Positions 35,810-45,592 of a stretch of 64,000 nucleotides of DNA are shown in pieces; positions within the stretch are counted from its first letter, which is position 1, and each line of letters starts with the position of its first letter. A program made the translations under genes and the position numbers. A model generated the notes under the pieces. The model saw only the letters and a program-made list of their open reading frames with translations. It was not told where the DNA came from and searched no databases. The stretch lies in sequence record NC_047995.1. One strand, given 5' to 3'.

Positions 35810-36492
35810 TAGCGGACGAACATCGCAGGATTCATATCCCAAGCGCGAGTGCTTTTGCGCTTACATGCAGGACATGTGAGTTCGATATCAGTCAGCACAC
35901 CGTGACGTGAGGCCAGTACCCATTCAGACAGTTGCAGCCACAGCGCAAGGTCTTCCTGTTCTTCGAGCTTCGCAACGTTGCGGTCGAAGTCACGGCCCAT
36001 GTGCGCTACGTGCCAGCTAAACATATCTTCCGAAGCACGTTCGTAGTGACGCATACGCGGCAGGTCGAACGTTTCATGCTCGGCCACCAGTTGCGCTACA
36101 GTCAGAGAGGTTTCATCAACCACACCGACGTTGTTTGCAGCACACGGGAATGTATTGATTGCTCCGCCCTCAGGACGCAGTTCATTCACGATGCCGTCGG
36201 AATATTCAAACAGCGGTTTATTGCAACGCCAGTGAGTCATCAAAGGCATCACGGTGTTCATCCACATACGCTGCTGGAAGACAAGCGCATAAGCATCAGG
36301 CACTGTCAGTTCTTCGAGAGGGATAGACAGGCACGGCGCTAAGGCATCGAGCAGGATATACTTCATATCCTTCGCATCAATCGCTTTCGCAATAGCGCGG
36401 TTCTCTTTGCCTCCAAAGCGGCGCATCGTAAACAACTCAGGAAGTTGTGCCTTGTAACCATGCGACGGTAAACTCGCTGTTTGAATTTCCAT
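35809..36492 (-). CDS. gp26-like hub/tail assembly chaperone with a Zn-ribbon (227 aa)
   Basis: LPSHG..MRRFGGKEN..ELTVPDAYALVFQQR..WRC..CPAC. Confidence 0.65.
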   Translation of the reverse strand: MEIQTASLPSHGYKAQLPELFTMRRFGGKENRAIAKAIDAKDMKYILLDALAPCLSIPLEELTVPDAYALVFQQRMWMNTVMPLMTHWRCNKPLFEYSDGIVNELRPEGGAINTFPCAANNVGVVDETSLTVAQLVAEHETFDLPRMRHYERASEDMFSWHVAHMGRDFDRNVAKLEEQEDLALWLQLSEWVLASRHGVLTDIELTCPACKRKSTRAWDMNPAMFVR

Positions 36493-36502
36493 TGTTCTTA
36501 TC

Positions 36503-37015
36503 TCACATCATAGGACGGGAAACATCAAGAGCCATTTGAACAGACCACATAGCTCGACCACCGGTGCCGTTAAGCGTAATGCTTTGACCGCCGATAGGCC
36601 AGCAGTTGCGGAGCTGTTGTTCGCCAACCATTTGCCCCTGGTTGTCGTATAGCTCAATGATAATGTTTTTCTTATACACAGAGGGCAGTCTAAAGCCACC
36701 AGTGTATGGGTTTTGAATCAAGTTCTGCCAAGCTGTCATGTACTTCATAACAGCGAGCTTTTGGTCGAGGCCAAACAGCAGACTGAATCCATCTACGCTC
36801 GAACCGTGTGGCCAGTTGATTTGCACCGTGGCCACTTCTTTCGATTTCGATTGATAGACAGAGAACGGCAGGTCTACTTCTTCACACGCAAACGGGCTTA
36901 ACGTCACATTACCAATAATAGGAAATTCTCGCACACGCCACTTGTCTTGCATGAAGGGATCGTCAAGGCCAGGAGCAGAAGAATCATTCAGGTCGTCAAG
37001 CGTAGGCAGCGGCAT
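36503..37015 (-). CDS. Second tail-tube-like protein (gp19/gp54-like, 170 aa)
   Basis: YKKNIIIELYDNQG..LRNCWPIGG, parallel to the tube gene at 37741. Confidence 0.7.
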   Translation of the reverse strand: MPLPTLDDLNDSSAPGLDDPFMQDKWRVREFPIIGNVTLSPFACEEVDLPFSVYQSKSKEVATVQINWPHGSSVDGFSLLFGLDQKLAVMKYMTAWQNLIQNPYTGGFRLPSVYKKNIIIELYDNQGQMVGEQQLRNCWPIGGQSITLNGTGGRAMWSVQMALDVSRPMM

Positions 37016-37017
37016 GA

Positions 37018-37689
37018 TTATTCCTCTACTATGATAAGCACAGGTCGAACATCGTTATCGAACTTGAGGAACGTTGCGCCAACCAGATAACCACCTTTCT
37101 CTACTTGCTTCACTACGGCTTTCTCGTAGTCCGTTTCCCACTTAGTGCGTTGAGTAGCTTTGTAGCCCTCGAACGTTTCAGACGCATCGTAGTAGTTGTA
37201 GACACCACCAGTCGGCATAGGGATACGTGCAAGGAACTGAATGCGGCCGGCGTTCTTAAACTTGACCTTATGCAGTTCTTGAGTCAGCTTGGTGTTCTCG
37301 GCTTTAGAGCCAGGAACGGCTGAGAAAGGTTTCTTTGGTTGAGGTTCTTTGGGTGCAGCAGGCAGCTTCTCACGCGCAGAAGTATTCTTGTCTGAGGCTT
37401 TCTTAACACGAATGCCAGAGACAGTTCCTGTGAATGGACGACTGCGGCCTAACAGTGAACGTGCAACAGCAGCATCCACAGTAAACACGACAGACGGATC
37501 ATCCTTATGCAGCACATAGAACTTGTTGCGCTTTGCGGCCACGATACCGAACACATCTTTTTCTTCGATATCGGCCTCGTGCTCTTTGTTCTCGATACTG
37601 ACCTTGCGCTTACCTTCGAAGCGATACCAGTCGCAGTCTTGAATAGACACGTCAGGTTTACGTGCGCTTTCGCTCAGTAAAATAAGCAT
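37018..37689 (-). CDS. Hypothetical, probable head protein with the dispersed paralogous domain (223 aa)
   Basis: WYRFEGKRK..IEEKDVFGI..KFYVL.KDDPSVVFTV; N-terminal LLSESA. Confidence 0.65.
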   Translation of the reverse strand: MLILLSESARKPDVSIQDCDWYRFEGKRKVSIENKEHEADIEEKDVFGIVAAKRNKFYVLHKDDPSVVFTVDAAVARSLLGRSRPFTGTVSGIRVKKASDKNTSAREKLPAAPKEPQPKKPFSAVPGSKAENTKLTQELHKVKFKNAGRIQFLARIPMPTGGVYNYYDASETFEGYKATQRTKWETDYEKAVVKQVEKGGYLVGATFLKFDNDVRPVLIIVEE

Positions 37690-37704
37690 AGAGTCTCCAA
37701 AACG

Positions 37705-37733
37705 AAAAAGGGCCAGAACGAATCTTGGCCCTT
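37705..37733 (-). terminator. Intrinsic terminator after the tail tube gene
   Basis: AAGGGCCA...TGGCCC-TTTTT on the minus strand. Confidence 0.8.
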
Positions 37734-37740
37734 GTGCTTC

Positions 37741-38250
37741 TTACACGCGTTCTGCGTAGTCGAAGGACCATTCGATTGATACCGGAACAGCCTGCGCAGC
37801 ACCAGAGAAGTTCAGGTCTGGTACCTGTTTCGGCCACACGCCGTAGATGTTGTACTCCGCTACAACCGAACCGTCCATGTCAAACACACGGAACAGAGCT
37901 TTGGTTGCGTAGTCAGCTTTACGTGCGCCCAACTGGGTTTGCGTAGCACGAACGAACTCATGCCAGTCTTCCAGTTGTTTGTACACAGCCATCTCAGAGT
38001 TTTCGTTGTACTCGGTAGAGAGCGCGTGAGAGAAGATCTTACGACCAGCGTAGTTGAGCTGGTGGCCGAACGCTTCTTTCAACACTTCTTCCAAAGTAGA
38101 ACCTGGCTTGATGCCTGTCTTACACATCAGGCGCAGAGTACGCGCGTAGTCCGACCCACCAACAGGCGGGTTAGGGATCAGGAACTCGAAGTTGTCATCG
38201 AGTAACGGATCTTTAGTAGACGCAAATTCGTCCAGAGTTACCTTTGGCAT
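37741..38250 (-). CDS. Major tail tube protein (gp19-like, 169 aa)
   Basis: Directly after the sheath; QLNYAGRKIF..LEDWHE..YNIYGVWPKQV.DLNF. Confidence 0.88.
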   Translation of the reverse strand: MPKVTLDEFASTKDPLLDDNFEFLIPNPPVGGSDYARTLRLMCKTGIKPGSTLEEVLKEAFGHQLNYAGRKIFSHALSTEYNENSEMAVYKQLEDWHEFVRATQTQLGARKADYATKALFRVFDMDGSVVAEYNIYGVWPKQVPDLNFSGAAQAVPVSIEWSFDYAERV

Positions 38251-38261
38251 CTAAAAGCTCC

Positions 38262-39947
38262 TTAGAGTGCACCAGAGTTGATAAGTTGCAGCGCGTACTG
38301 GATATCACCGACAGGCGGTACGATAGCCGTTACGTGAATGCGTTTGGTGTAGCGAGTCGGGTCAAGGAAGATATCAATGATCAGGTCGCCACGCGCTTCG
38401 TCTTCTGCGGTGTTGTTCTTGTAGTCACACTCGACTGCATACCAACGTAACCCACGGCCGAGTTTAATCGGTTCGAGGATTGCTTCCATCGCAGCTTTCT
38501 GGCGCTGTTTCAGAATGTCATCGTTCGGTTCGAACACGGCACTCAGGTTGTTAGCGCGAGCAGAGGCGTGAAGCATTGCCAGCAGACGACGCACACCGAT
38601 ATCCTGAAGAGGAGACTTCGTAGTGTAAGTGGTATCAGCACCCCACATGAAGATACCTTCACCTTCGAAGATAGCAATCGGGTTAATCTGGTTATCAACC
38701 AGAATGTCGCGGTCGTTCTGCTTGAAGCGATAGCGCACGTCAGTTGCGAAGTCCAGCTTACCGCGCTGCATACCGCCAGGAGCAAGCCATGAAGCAACTT
38801 GGTCGGCAGTCAACATGCAGTACGCCATACACACAGACGCAGGCACGTAGAAGTCACGAGCGTTGGTGTTGTCACGCGCTTTAACGTCGGCATTCGACAG
38901 CGCAGACCAAGAACCGATGATAGAGAACTCGGCTTCTTTGTAAGGCTTGTTGCCACGACGATACGCAACAGCAGCGTCACGCGCTTGAAGACTGACAGGC
39001 ACACCGTGAGTTGCGATACAGTCCATACGGCTCTCGGACAGTTCATCGATCTTGTTCGCAATGACAGGGTGTTCCAGACCACCAGCACACAGGATGCCCG
39101 CTTGAATGTCTTCCCAGTCGCGGTAGTTATCCCACGCAGTCAGAACAGCAGACAGGCTGCGGTTAGCGATGATTGGGTCTGAGTGATCAACGTCAATCAG
39201 ATCGCCGTCGCTACCACCAGTGAACTGACCGTTAGGTGCAGTCGGTGCAGTCGGGTCAGCAGGGCCACCGCCGATGGAGTTGATAACCACGAAGTTCGGG
39301 TCTTCCATCAGCTTGTAGTGGTTTTCGTTCAGCTTAACGCGGATGTACTTCGAGGCAACGTTGATAACGTCTTCAATGAAGAACTGGTTACCAGCTTCAT
39401 CTTTGTAGTAACGAGTAGTCACCACGTGCGTTTCCAGCGGAGTCAGATAGCCAACGCGGTACACTTTGATGATGGACTTAATGCCCAGCGCATCAGACAC
39501 GTCAGGTTCGAACGTGATGTACATGTTGTTCGCGTCTGCATACTGCGACATGGCGTAAATCAGGCAGATATCACGATCAGAGAAAGCAATCTGTTCTGGG
39601 TCTACCAGGCCAGCATCACCCAGGGGGCGGCAGGTGGCGAAGTTGTTATACGTTGTGAGATACACACCTGCGTACTTCACGGACAGAGCGACACGGGTAA
39701 TGTTCAGTCTGGTAGCTTTCGTCATCAGAATTTTTGCGTTCTGAACGTTGTTAGCGTACTTCCCAGTTGCTGGACCGAAGAGAGCGTCGATTTCGTCTTT
39801 AGAGGTAACAGTTGTGTTCACACCCACAGGACCTCGCGGGAACGGCAGAACCAGAGTACACATGCCGTACTGGACAAGTGACGCTTGGTTCGAGCGGTCG
39901 TTCTCCTGCGAGTATACCCCCGGAGAGGGGTGATTAGGTTGTAGCAT
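38262..39947 (-). CDS. Tail sheath protein (gp18-like, 561 aa)
   Basis: SPGVYSQEND, PRGPVG, WLAPGG..RGKL, NQINPI..GIFMWG..T..IGVRRL, FEPND. Confidence 0.95.
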   Translation of the reverse strand: MLQPNHPSPGVYSQENDRSNQASLVQYGMCTLVLPFPRGPVGVNTTVTSKDEIDALFGPATGKYANNVQNAKILMTKATRLNITRVALSVKYAGVYLTTYNNFATCRPLGDAGLVDPEQIAFSDRDICLIYAMSQYADANNMYITFEPDVSDALGIKSIIKVYRVGYLTPLETHVVTTRYYKDEAGNQFFIEDVINVASKYIRVKLNENHYKLMEDPNFVVINSIGGGPADPTAPTAPNGQFTGGSDGDLIDVDHSDPIIANRSLSAVLTAWDNYRDWEDIQAGILCAGGLEHPVIANKIDELSESRMDCIATHGVPVSLQARDAAVAYRRGNKPYKEAEFSIIGSWSALSNADVKARDNTNARDFYVPASVCMAYCMLTADQVASWLAPGGMQRGKLDFATDVRYRFKQNDRDILVDNQINPIAIFEGEGIFMWGADTTYTTKSPLQDIGVRRLLAMLHASARANNLSAVFEPNDDILKQRQKAAMEAILEPIKLGRGLRWYAVECDYKNNTAEDEARGDLIIDIFLDPTRYTKRIHVTAIVPPVGDIQYALQLINSGAL

Positions 39948-39989
39948 CGTGAATCTCCATGAGAATGGGCATCGTGAAACGACTATAAC

Positions 39990-39997
39990 AAATTAGC
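39990..39997 (-). promoter_or_regulatory. Putative late promoter GCTAATTT
   Basis: Intergenic, 43 nt before the sheath ATG. Confidence 0.6.
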
Positions 39998-40003
39998 GTA
40001 TTG

Positions 40004-40348
40004 TCAGTAGCAAATGACATTAACGCGTTGTTCTACGTCACTTACCAATACCGATTGCGCCATTTTACCAGTGAGAGTGAATTGGCCTTCGATGATCATC
40101 TGGCCCGCACCGAACTGCAAGATGATAGGCTCCGCAGTGTCGATATACAGCAGGCCCTTAATCTCAGGCAGTTGATATCCTTTCGGACCGACGATGATTG
40201 ATTGCTGCATGTACAGGCCGTCTTCAGGGATTCCCACAGCAGTCGTCTGTCGTTTCATAACAGCGTTCTGTTGACCTGACACGGTACGTACACGGCTATC
40301 AACGACAAGCGTACGGTCTAGCTTGCGATACTTCTCGCGTGTGTACAT
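40004..40348 (-). CDS. Hypothetical virion protein (114 aa)
   Basis: GGAG RBS; TGATG coupling. Confidence 0.7.
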   Translation of the reverse strand: MYTREKYRKLDRTLVVDSRVRTVSGQQNAVMKRQTTAVGIPEDGLYMQQSIIVGPKGYQLPEIKGLLYIDTAEPIILQFGAGQMIIEGQFTLTGKMAQSVLVSDVEQRVNVICY

Positions 40349-41043
40349 CAGTCAATCTCCTCTTCGTCCTGACTATTAGCAGCCGCAGCGCGTGGGCCAA
40401 AGTCAATGTCGATTTCAACGTTCTCGGTAACTTCACCGTAGTTGTTTATCTTCGCCTGCTCCATGTTGAAACCAATCTTAGTCATGATGGTGATTGGAAT
40501 CTCCAGCTCGAAGCTACCTGGCGTACTGCCTTCATCGAGGTCATCAATGTTAGGCATAGGCAAAGAGTCATCGAGTTTAACACGCACAGTCCACTTGGAC
40601 GTAGGCATCTCAATAGAGAAGCTCATTAAGTCGGTCAGGCCCGCGATCATTAGCTGTTGAATACACAGCAGCGCTTGGTTGACGTCCATGAACTTCAAGA
40701 ATAAAGAGCCCGTAAGTGTCACAGGGAAATAATAGTTCGTCACTACAATGGCGTTCGTCCCGTCTTCGTCCGTGCCTATTGCCCAGCCAGAACCGTGTCG
40801 TGCGATGGTCTTCACGTTAGCAGATTCTTCACGGTTGAATGCGATGTTAGGCAGCTTGAACCAACCATAAGGATAGTCAGTGCTTTGATTGTTCGTCGCA
40901 CGAATACCCTGCTTAGGGTTGTTGTGCACCGACCAGACAAAACGCTTTAACTGGAAGCCTTGTCTGAATTGGCGTTGAAAGCCAAAGAGGGTTGCTCGTA
41001 GCGATGTGCTGTTCTTGAGCAGCCCAGAAATGTTAGCACTCAT
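40348..41043 (-). CDS. Probable tail terminator/sheath stabiliser (gp15-like, about 231 aa)
   Basis: Upstream of the sheath; YYFPVTL motif; true start is ATG 41043 with GGAG, since the track start lies inside a terminator. Confidence 0.55.
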   Translation of the reverse strand: MSANISGLLKNSTSLRATLFGFQRQFRQGFQLKRFVWSVHNNPKQGIRATNNQSTDYPYGWFKLPNIAFNREESANVKTIARHGSGWAIGTDEDGTNAIVVTNYYFPVTLTGSLFLKFMDVNQALLCIQQLMIAGLTDLMSFSIEMPTSKWTVRVKLDDSLPMPNIDDLDEGSTPGSFELEIPITIMTKIGFNMEQAKINNYGEVTENVEIDIDFGPRAAAANSQDEEEID

Positions 41044-41060
41044 ATGGCGCTCCAAATACG

Positions 41061-41087
41061 AAAAAAGGGCAGCCGAAGCCACCCTTT
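41061..41087 (-). terminator. Intrinsic terminator
   Basis: GGGTGGC-TTCG-GCTGCCC-TTTTTT on the minus strand. Confidence 0.9.
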
Positions 41088-41107
41088 TGGTTACCCGTAA
41101 TCGGGTG

Positions 41108-41509
41108 CTAGTCGAATCGTAAGCGAATCAGAGAAGACGAGGAGGATTCAGATTCTACCGTAGTATCGTCTTCTTCTTCTTCCAAATCTTCTTCGTCTTC
41201 TTCCTCGCCATCGGAGGAGTTCAGACTAATGATTTCGTCATCACCGTATAACGATGCGACTTGTTCTTCCTCGGCATTAAGCGCTAAAGCAGCAGATAAC
41301 GCAGCGACGGATTCGTTCATGCCTGATGCGGAACTCACGGAGTTAACGAGGCACGAGGCTTCGAAGTTATCAGTAAGTTCACAGCAGAGAAAGTCCTCAG
41401 TGTCTGGCGCCACAGCAGCTTGAGCGAGCAAGCGGGAAGCATCCATCCACTGTCCGTCACGCGCTGCGACGATTGCCAGTGCAGCTAAGGAACCAGATAA
41501 AGTCTTCAT
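41108..41509 (-). CDS. Small acidic head-module protein (133 aa)
   Basis: Directly after the capsid gene; GAGGA RBS; D/E tract and S-x-S motifs. Confidence 0.7.
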   Translation of the reverse strand: MKTLSGSLAALAIVAARDGQWMDASRLLAQAAVAPDTEDFLCCELTDNFEASCLVNSVSSASGMNESVAALSAALALNAEEEQVASLYGDDEIISLNSSDGEEEDEEDLEEEEDDTTVESESSSSSLIRLRFD

Positions 41510-41522
41510 GCTTGGTCCTCAG

Positions 41523-41549
41523 TTAAGAGGGCAACGTTATGCTGCCCTC
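41523..41549 (-). terminator. Hairpin/terminator after the major capsid gene
   Basis: GAGGGCA...TGCCCTC-TTAA on the minus strand. Confidence 0.55.
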
Positions 41550-41561
41550 ATTGCACTATGC

Positions 41562-42662
41562 TCAGCCGCGAACAGCTTTGGCGACAGAACGCACGTTAGC
41601 CAGAGTGAAGGAGAAGGTGCTAGACAGCAACCAACCGCGGTCGGTGTTGCCCTGGTTTGCGCCGCTGGTAGGAGTAGACTGAGTACCGCCACGAGTGGTG
41701 TACACTGCGTGGTAGTCCTGGTCAGCCAGAACGTACAGCTCGCCGTCTTGCAGAACGCGGTGTTCTGGAGCGCGGAAGCCGTCAGTTACCAGTTCCATAC
41801 CCAGCAGGGTACCCAGACGACCGGTGGTGATCAAGTCATACTTGGACACTGGGTCCAGAGCAGAGCTGAACTGATCGTTACCAACGATATCGTTCCAGTA
41901 GTCCTGCGCCATTACAGCGGTGCTTACTGGCAGCGGCCAGCTCGATACAGAATTTTTCAGAGTAGACAGCAGACGCGGAGTCAGGTCACCGTGCACGAAG
42001 GTCATCGGGTTAGCGACGCCAACTGCCTGGTCACAAGCACGTTTCCACAGACGGTCTTCTGCAACCATGATAGAAGACAGGCCGTCTTGCTGCGCACGGT
42101 CCAGCAGGTCACCGTTGATCTGGTCCAGGTCCATCTTGCTTACGCGGATGTTGGATTTCAGTTCGAACTCAGCAGGCGTGTATACACGACCGCGGAATTG
42201 GTAGTAACCCATGTCAGAAGGACCAGTTGCGATGATCGCTTCCGCCTGGTGAATTTTCAGTTCGATACGAGCGATATCGCCCTGACGAACGGTAGCACCT
42301 TTACAAACTTTACGCAGCAGGCCAGCACGTTCTGCACGGTCTTCGATAGATGCAACGATAGAAGCACCCAGAGAAGCCCACTTTTCGCCAGAGCTGTCAG
42401 CTACAGCTTCCTGGAACAGTTCGATTTTCTCTTGCTCGCTCAGACCGCCTGCGTTAGCAGAGGTAGAGTGAACCAGTTCGCCGTTCTGGAATGCGCCCAT
42501 CAGCTTGGTGATTTGGCCCAGCAGGTCTTTTTGGCTTGATGCGTTGATCTCACCAGTGGAAGAGGAAAGCGCCAGCTCACCTTTACCACCAAAACGCAGG
42601 TCTTCGATAGGCGCGCCGTTACGCAGGGTTACTTTAGCGCCGCGCATTAAAGAGTTGTTCAT
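41562..42662 (-). CDS. Major capsid protein (HK97 fold, 366 aa)
   Basis: After scaffold and protease genes; strongly biased codons; TPAEFELKSNIRV..LLDRA..IMVAEDRLW, GRLGTLLGMELVTD. Confidence 0.8.
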   Translation of the reverse strand: MNNSLMRGAKVTLRNGAPIEDLRFGGKGELALSSSTGEINASSQKDLLGQITKLMGAFQNGELVHSTSANAGGLSEQEKIELFQEAVADSSGEKWASLGASIVASIEDRAERAGLLRKVCKGATVRQGDIARIELKIHQAEAIIATGPSDMGYYQFRGRVYTPAEFELKSNIRVSKMDLDQINGDLLDRAQQDGLSSIMVAEDRLWKRACDQAVGVANPMTFVHGDLTPRLLSTLKNSVSSWPLPVSTAVMAQDYWNDIVGNDQFSSALDPVSKYDLITTGRLGTLLGMELVTDGFRAPEHRVLQDGELYVLADQDYHAVYTTRGGTQSTPTSGANQGNTDRGWLLSSTFSFTLANVRSVAKAVRG

Positions 42663-42724
42663 TAGTTGCTCCTGAGATTAATCTCGTAAGTTTTCAGATA
42701 CTAAACAGTCACGGTGCGCGACGA

Positions 42725-43432
42725 TTAAGCGCCGTAAGAGGAAGTGGTTTCGATGATCAGGTAGCCGCGCTCAGTAGTAGGCGCTTGCTTGATGATCAGA
42801 CCTTTCAGCTCGGTGCCGTTACCACCAACAGTCAGCAGACCGTTCGGGCCCAGTGAAGGGTGCAGCACGTTGTCAGCAGACCAGTCAGCGGTTGGATCAA
42901 ACATAGAGGTAGCAACGTTACCCAGTTTGATGTACGCGATACGACCTTCAACGTTAGAAGGCAGGCCGCCGATAGGAGCATCAGCAGTGTACGAACGCGC
43001 TTCGGTCACGGTCAGTTCGTAAGCATACTGGATGCGAACTTTCTTACCAATGTCGTCAGCGTGGAAGTACAGGTCAGCACCCTGAACACCGACTTTACCT
43101 TCAGCAGTAGGAGCAGCGTTAGCTTCCTGATCTGCTTTAGCACCGTCGATTTTAACCAGCAGTGCGCCAGCGTTAGGAACGCGGGATGCAGTGAATTTTT
43201 TGGTAGCGTCGATAACGAACTCTTCCACGCGGTTCATGTTCGCTGGTGGCATGGAGCGAGCCAGAGCGAAACCGGCGAATACTTCGTCAGCAGCACCAGT
43301 AGACAGACGCAGGAAGGAGTGGCCGCCTTCGCGAGTCCAAACCAGTGCAACGCCTTCTTCATGGATTACTTCACCCGGCAGCAGATCAGCTTCCTGGGTC
43401 TGTACGATTGCGGTAGCGTTTTGAAACAACAT
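42725..43432 (-). CDS. Head decoration/cement-like structural protein (about 235 aa)
   Basis: Between scaffold and capsid; EEGVALV..VFAGFA pattern; ATG at 43432 with GGAG. Confidence 0.55.
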   Translation of the reverse strand: MLFQNATAIVQTQEADLLPGEVIHEEGVALVWTREGGHSFLRLSTGAADEVFAGFALARSMPPANMNRVEEFVIDATKKFTASRVPNAGALLVKIDGAKADQEANAAPTAEGKVGVQGADLYFHADDIGKKVRIQYAYELTVTEARSYTADAPIGGLPSNVEGRIAYIKLGNVATSMFDPTADWSADNVLHPSLGPNGLLTVGGNGTELKGLIIKQAPTTERGYLIIETTSSYGA

Positions 43433-43483
43433 AATCAGTTTCTCCAATGAGAGATTGTGCGATTAACTGTTGTCCGCCTTCAA

Positions 43484-45514
43484 TTAGAAGGTCAGACGTT
43501 TCAGTTTGTCGTCGAAGGATGAGCCAGTGGAAGCTGAACTCTGGGATTGAACAGACTCGGTGTCCTGAGACAGGAGTTCAGCAGCGGTAGGCTGTTTAAC
43601 CGGAGCGGTCGTAACCTGCTGTTGAACAACCGACGCGCGTTCAGCAGTAACAGTACCTGCGGCAGCGTCGATAGACTCAGAAATTTCGTTCTGTGCGACT
43701 TCGGACTTGCTCATAAGGTCCATCGCTTTTGACAGCGAGGTAGTGAGATAGTCTTTGCCGTGGGCAATGAATGCACGTTCAATCAGAGGGCGTGAATCTT
43801 TAACGCCAGCAGCAGACAGTGAGCCTACAATGCTATCAACGATTGGGTTGCGTACATCACCCCAGAAGTTTTTGGTGACACCCAGCTGGGAAGCGGACAG
43901 AGCAGCAACCAGACGCTCGCTGTAAGCAGCATTAGCGTTTTCGATGGTTGAAGTAACGTTCGCAGTAGCTTCGCTAATACGAGCATCAGATTCTGCCACC
44001 AGCAGTTTGTCTACCGGCATTTCGAACTGGTGCGGCATAAAGCCGAACGAATCACAAGTACCAGCAACGCCCGTCTGATTAAGAGAGTGCGATACGGCAC
44101 GGATGAAATTATCAGTATCGAAAGATTTCACCGCATTTTCTTCGCCGACTGCGTTAGATACAGAAGCGAGAGTAGCGCGGGCCAGAGGTTCGCCGTCATA
44201 GAACATGTGAACGGTGTTCACTTTGCCTTTGGCGCGGCTCAGGCTGACGAGAGACGGGTCCAGCGTACCGTGTTGTGCGGTAGCGGTAGACAGACTATCG
44301 AAGGTGCGACTGACGGCGTTGCTTTCAGAATCGAAATCGTCTTCGTCATCGAGGTCGAGGTCGTCTTCTTCCAGTTCTTCTTCGTCATCCAGATCTTCGT
44401 CATCCAGATCTTCGTCGCCGTCAGAGCTAGACTCAGAATCAAAATCTTCATCGTCCAGGTCTTCGTCATCCAGATCTTCGTCGAAGTCTTCGTCGTCGAG
44501 ATCTTCATCGAAGTCCTCGTCGTCTTCTTCGTCGTCATCAGAACTGGATTCAGAGTCGAAGTCTTCGTCGAAGTCTTCGTCATCCAGATCATCTTCATCC
44601 AGATCTTCGTCGTCCAGGTCGTCTTCTTCGTCGATATCATCTTCATCATCGTTAGATGATTCAGAGTCGAAGTCTTCATCGTCCAGATCTTCGTCGTCAT
44701 CGAGATCGTCTTCTTCAACGATATCAATGTCGCTGTCATCGCCAGACTGGGATTCGATAGGTTCATCGATCAGCGCGGCAGAGCAGTGCGCACAGAACAC
44801 AGGTTCTTCATCAGAAGACACGGTGAACGGCTGTTCGCAGTTAGCGGAGCAGCTATAGATATGCGCTTCAACTTCATCGCCAGCAGACGACAGAGCGGCT
44901 ACAGCTTCTGGCGCTTCCTGCGGTTCACATGCAGTAACTTCCTGGCCGGTGTACGGGTCGAAGTTAGCGGCAGTCGCAGCATTAAAGCTACCAGTACCAG
45001 ACAGCGCGGTAAACGTGTGTGCGTTGCTCAGAGCCAGCGCAAAGTTGCGTTGTGCAGCTTCGGCAGTCTCGCCCGTTGCAACCAGACCTTCGTGCTCAAT
45101 TTGCTCGTCAGCAGAAGCTGATTCAGCCAGGAACTGAGTAACACGCTCGTCGGTGATTTCGGACAGGTCAGCAGAGCACGATGGGCAGGAGCCCTGAACC
45201 AGTGCGGAGCTGTCAGAGATAACGTGGCAACCACAACCATCGAGACAGATGGTGTAGTGAGCTTTCACGTCACCCGCAGATGACTGCGACACGGTTTCGG
45301 CTTTCTCAACCAAATCAGGATGCTCTACCAGCAGTTCTTCACCGCCAGTTGGATTGTAAAGGTCCGCGCCGCTCTGCGAAGCAAAGCCTACACCGGCAGT
45401 ATTCCCGAAAATCATCAGGTTCTGACCAAGTGCAGTACGGCGAAAGTTCTCTACTGCCTGATTATGGTTTTGACCGACACACAGGATACCCGCGAGTTGG
45501 GTAATCTTTGGCAT
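43484..45514 (-). CDS. Probable scaffold/prohead core protein with two Cys clusters and a long acidic tract (about 676 aa)
   Basis: Position in the head module; CLDGC..CPSC and CSANC..CAHC; about 125-aa D/E tract; ATG at 45514 with GAGG. Confidence 0.55.
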   Translation of the reverse strand: MPKITQLAGILCVGQNHNQAVENFRRTALGQNLMIFGNTAGVGFASQSGADLYNPTGGEELLVEHPDLVEKAETVSQSSAGDVKAHYTICLDGCGCHVISDSSALVQGSCPSCSADLSEITDERVTQFLAESASADEQIEHEGLVATGETAEAAQRNFALALSNAHTFTALSGTGSFNAATAANFDPYTGQEVTACEPQEAPEAVAALSSAGDEVEAHIYSCSANCEQPFTVSSDEEPVFCAHCSAALIDEPIESQSGDDSDIDIVEEDDLDDDEDLDDEDFDSESSNDDEDDIDEEDDLDDEDLDEDDLDDEDFDEDFDSESSSDDDEEDDEDFDEDLDDEDFDEDLDDEDLDDEDFDSESSSDGDEDLDDEDLDDEEELEEDDLDLDDEDDFDSESNAVSRTFDSLSTATAQHGTLDPSLVSLSRAKGKVNTVHMFYDGEPLARATLASVSNAVGEENAVKSFDTDNFIRAVSHSLNQTGVAGTCDSFGFMPHQFEMPVDKLLVAESDARISEATANVTSTIENANAAYSERLVAALSASQLGVTKNFWGDVRNPIVDSIVGSLSAAGVKDSRPLIERAFIAHGKDYLTTSLSKAMDLMSKSEVAQNEISESIDAAAGTVTAERASVVQQQVTTAPVKQPTAAELLSQDTESVQSQSSASTGSSFDDKLKRLTF
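44340..44720 (-). repeat. Low-complexity coding repeat (GACGA/TGAAGA) encoding the D/E tract with four DFDSES units
   Basis: Repeated gtcttcgtcatccagatc-like units on the plus strand. Confidence 0.85.
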
Positions 45515-45559
45515 GGTTAAAACCCTCATAGAATTTTTAGTCGTTGAATCGACAGGTTA

Positions 45560-45567
45560 AAATTAAC
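45560..45567 (-). promoter_or_regulatory. Putative late-promoter variant GTTAATTT
   Basis: 7/8 match in the AT-rich gap upstream of the scaffold-capsid genes. Confidence 0.4.
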
Positions 45568-45592
45568 GATTGCAGAAAAAATTCAGGTATTT

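Noticed and set aside
35809-35842. Possible lambda G/GT-type programmed frameshift between the two genes upstream of the tape measure
   Set aside because: No X XXY YYZ slippery site; a TAATG stop-start overlap explains the junction
41044-41082. Longer N-termini given by the track for several genes (41082, 43447, 45529, 46831, 47661, 48022, 52889)
   Set aside because: Better RBS-supported or coupled ATGs lie downstream; some extensions run through terminators or upstream genes
41508-42539. 343-aa plus-strand ORF opposite the capsid gene, and similar ORFs opposite the sheath and structural genes
   Set aside because: Expected from strong codon bias, which removes antisense stops
44214-44858. 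Poly-Ser plus-strand ORFs (44214..44858, 53115..53900)
   Set aside because: Antisense reading of Asp/Glu codon tracts
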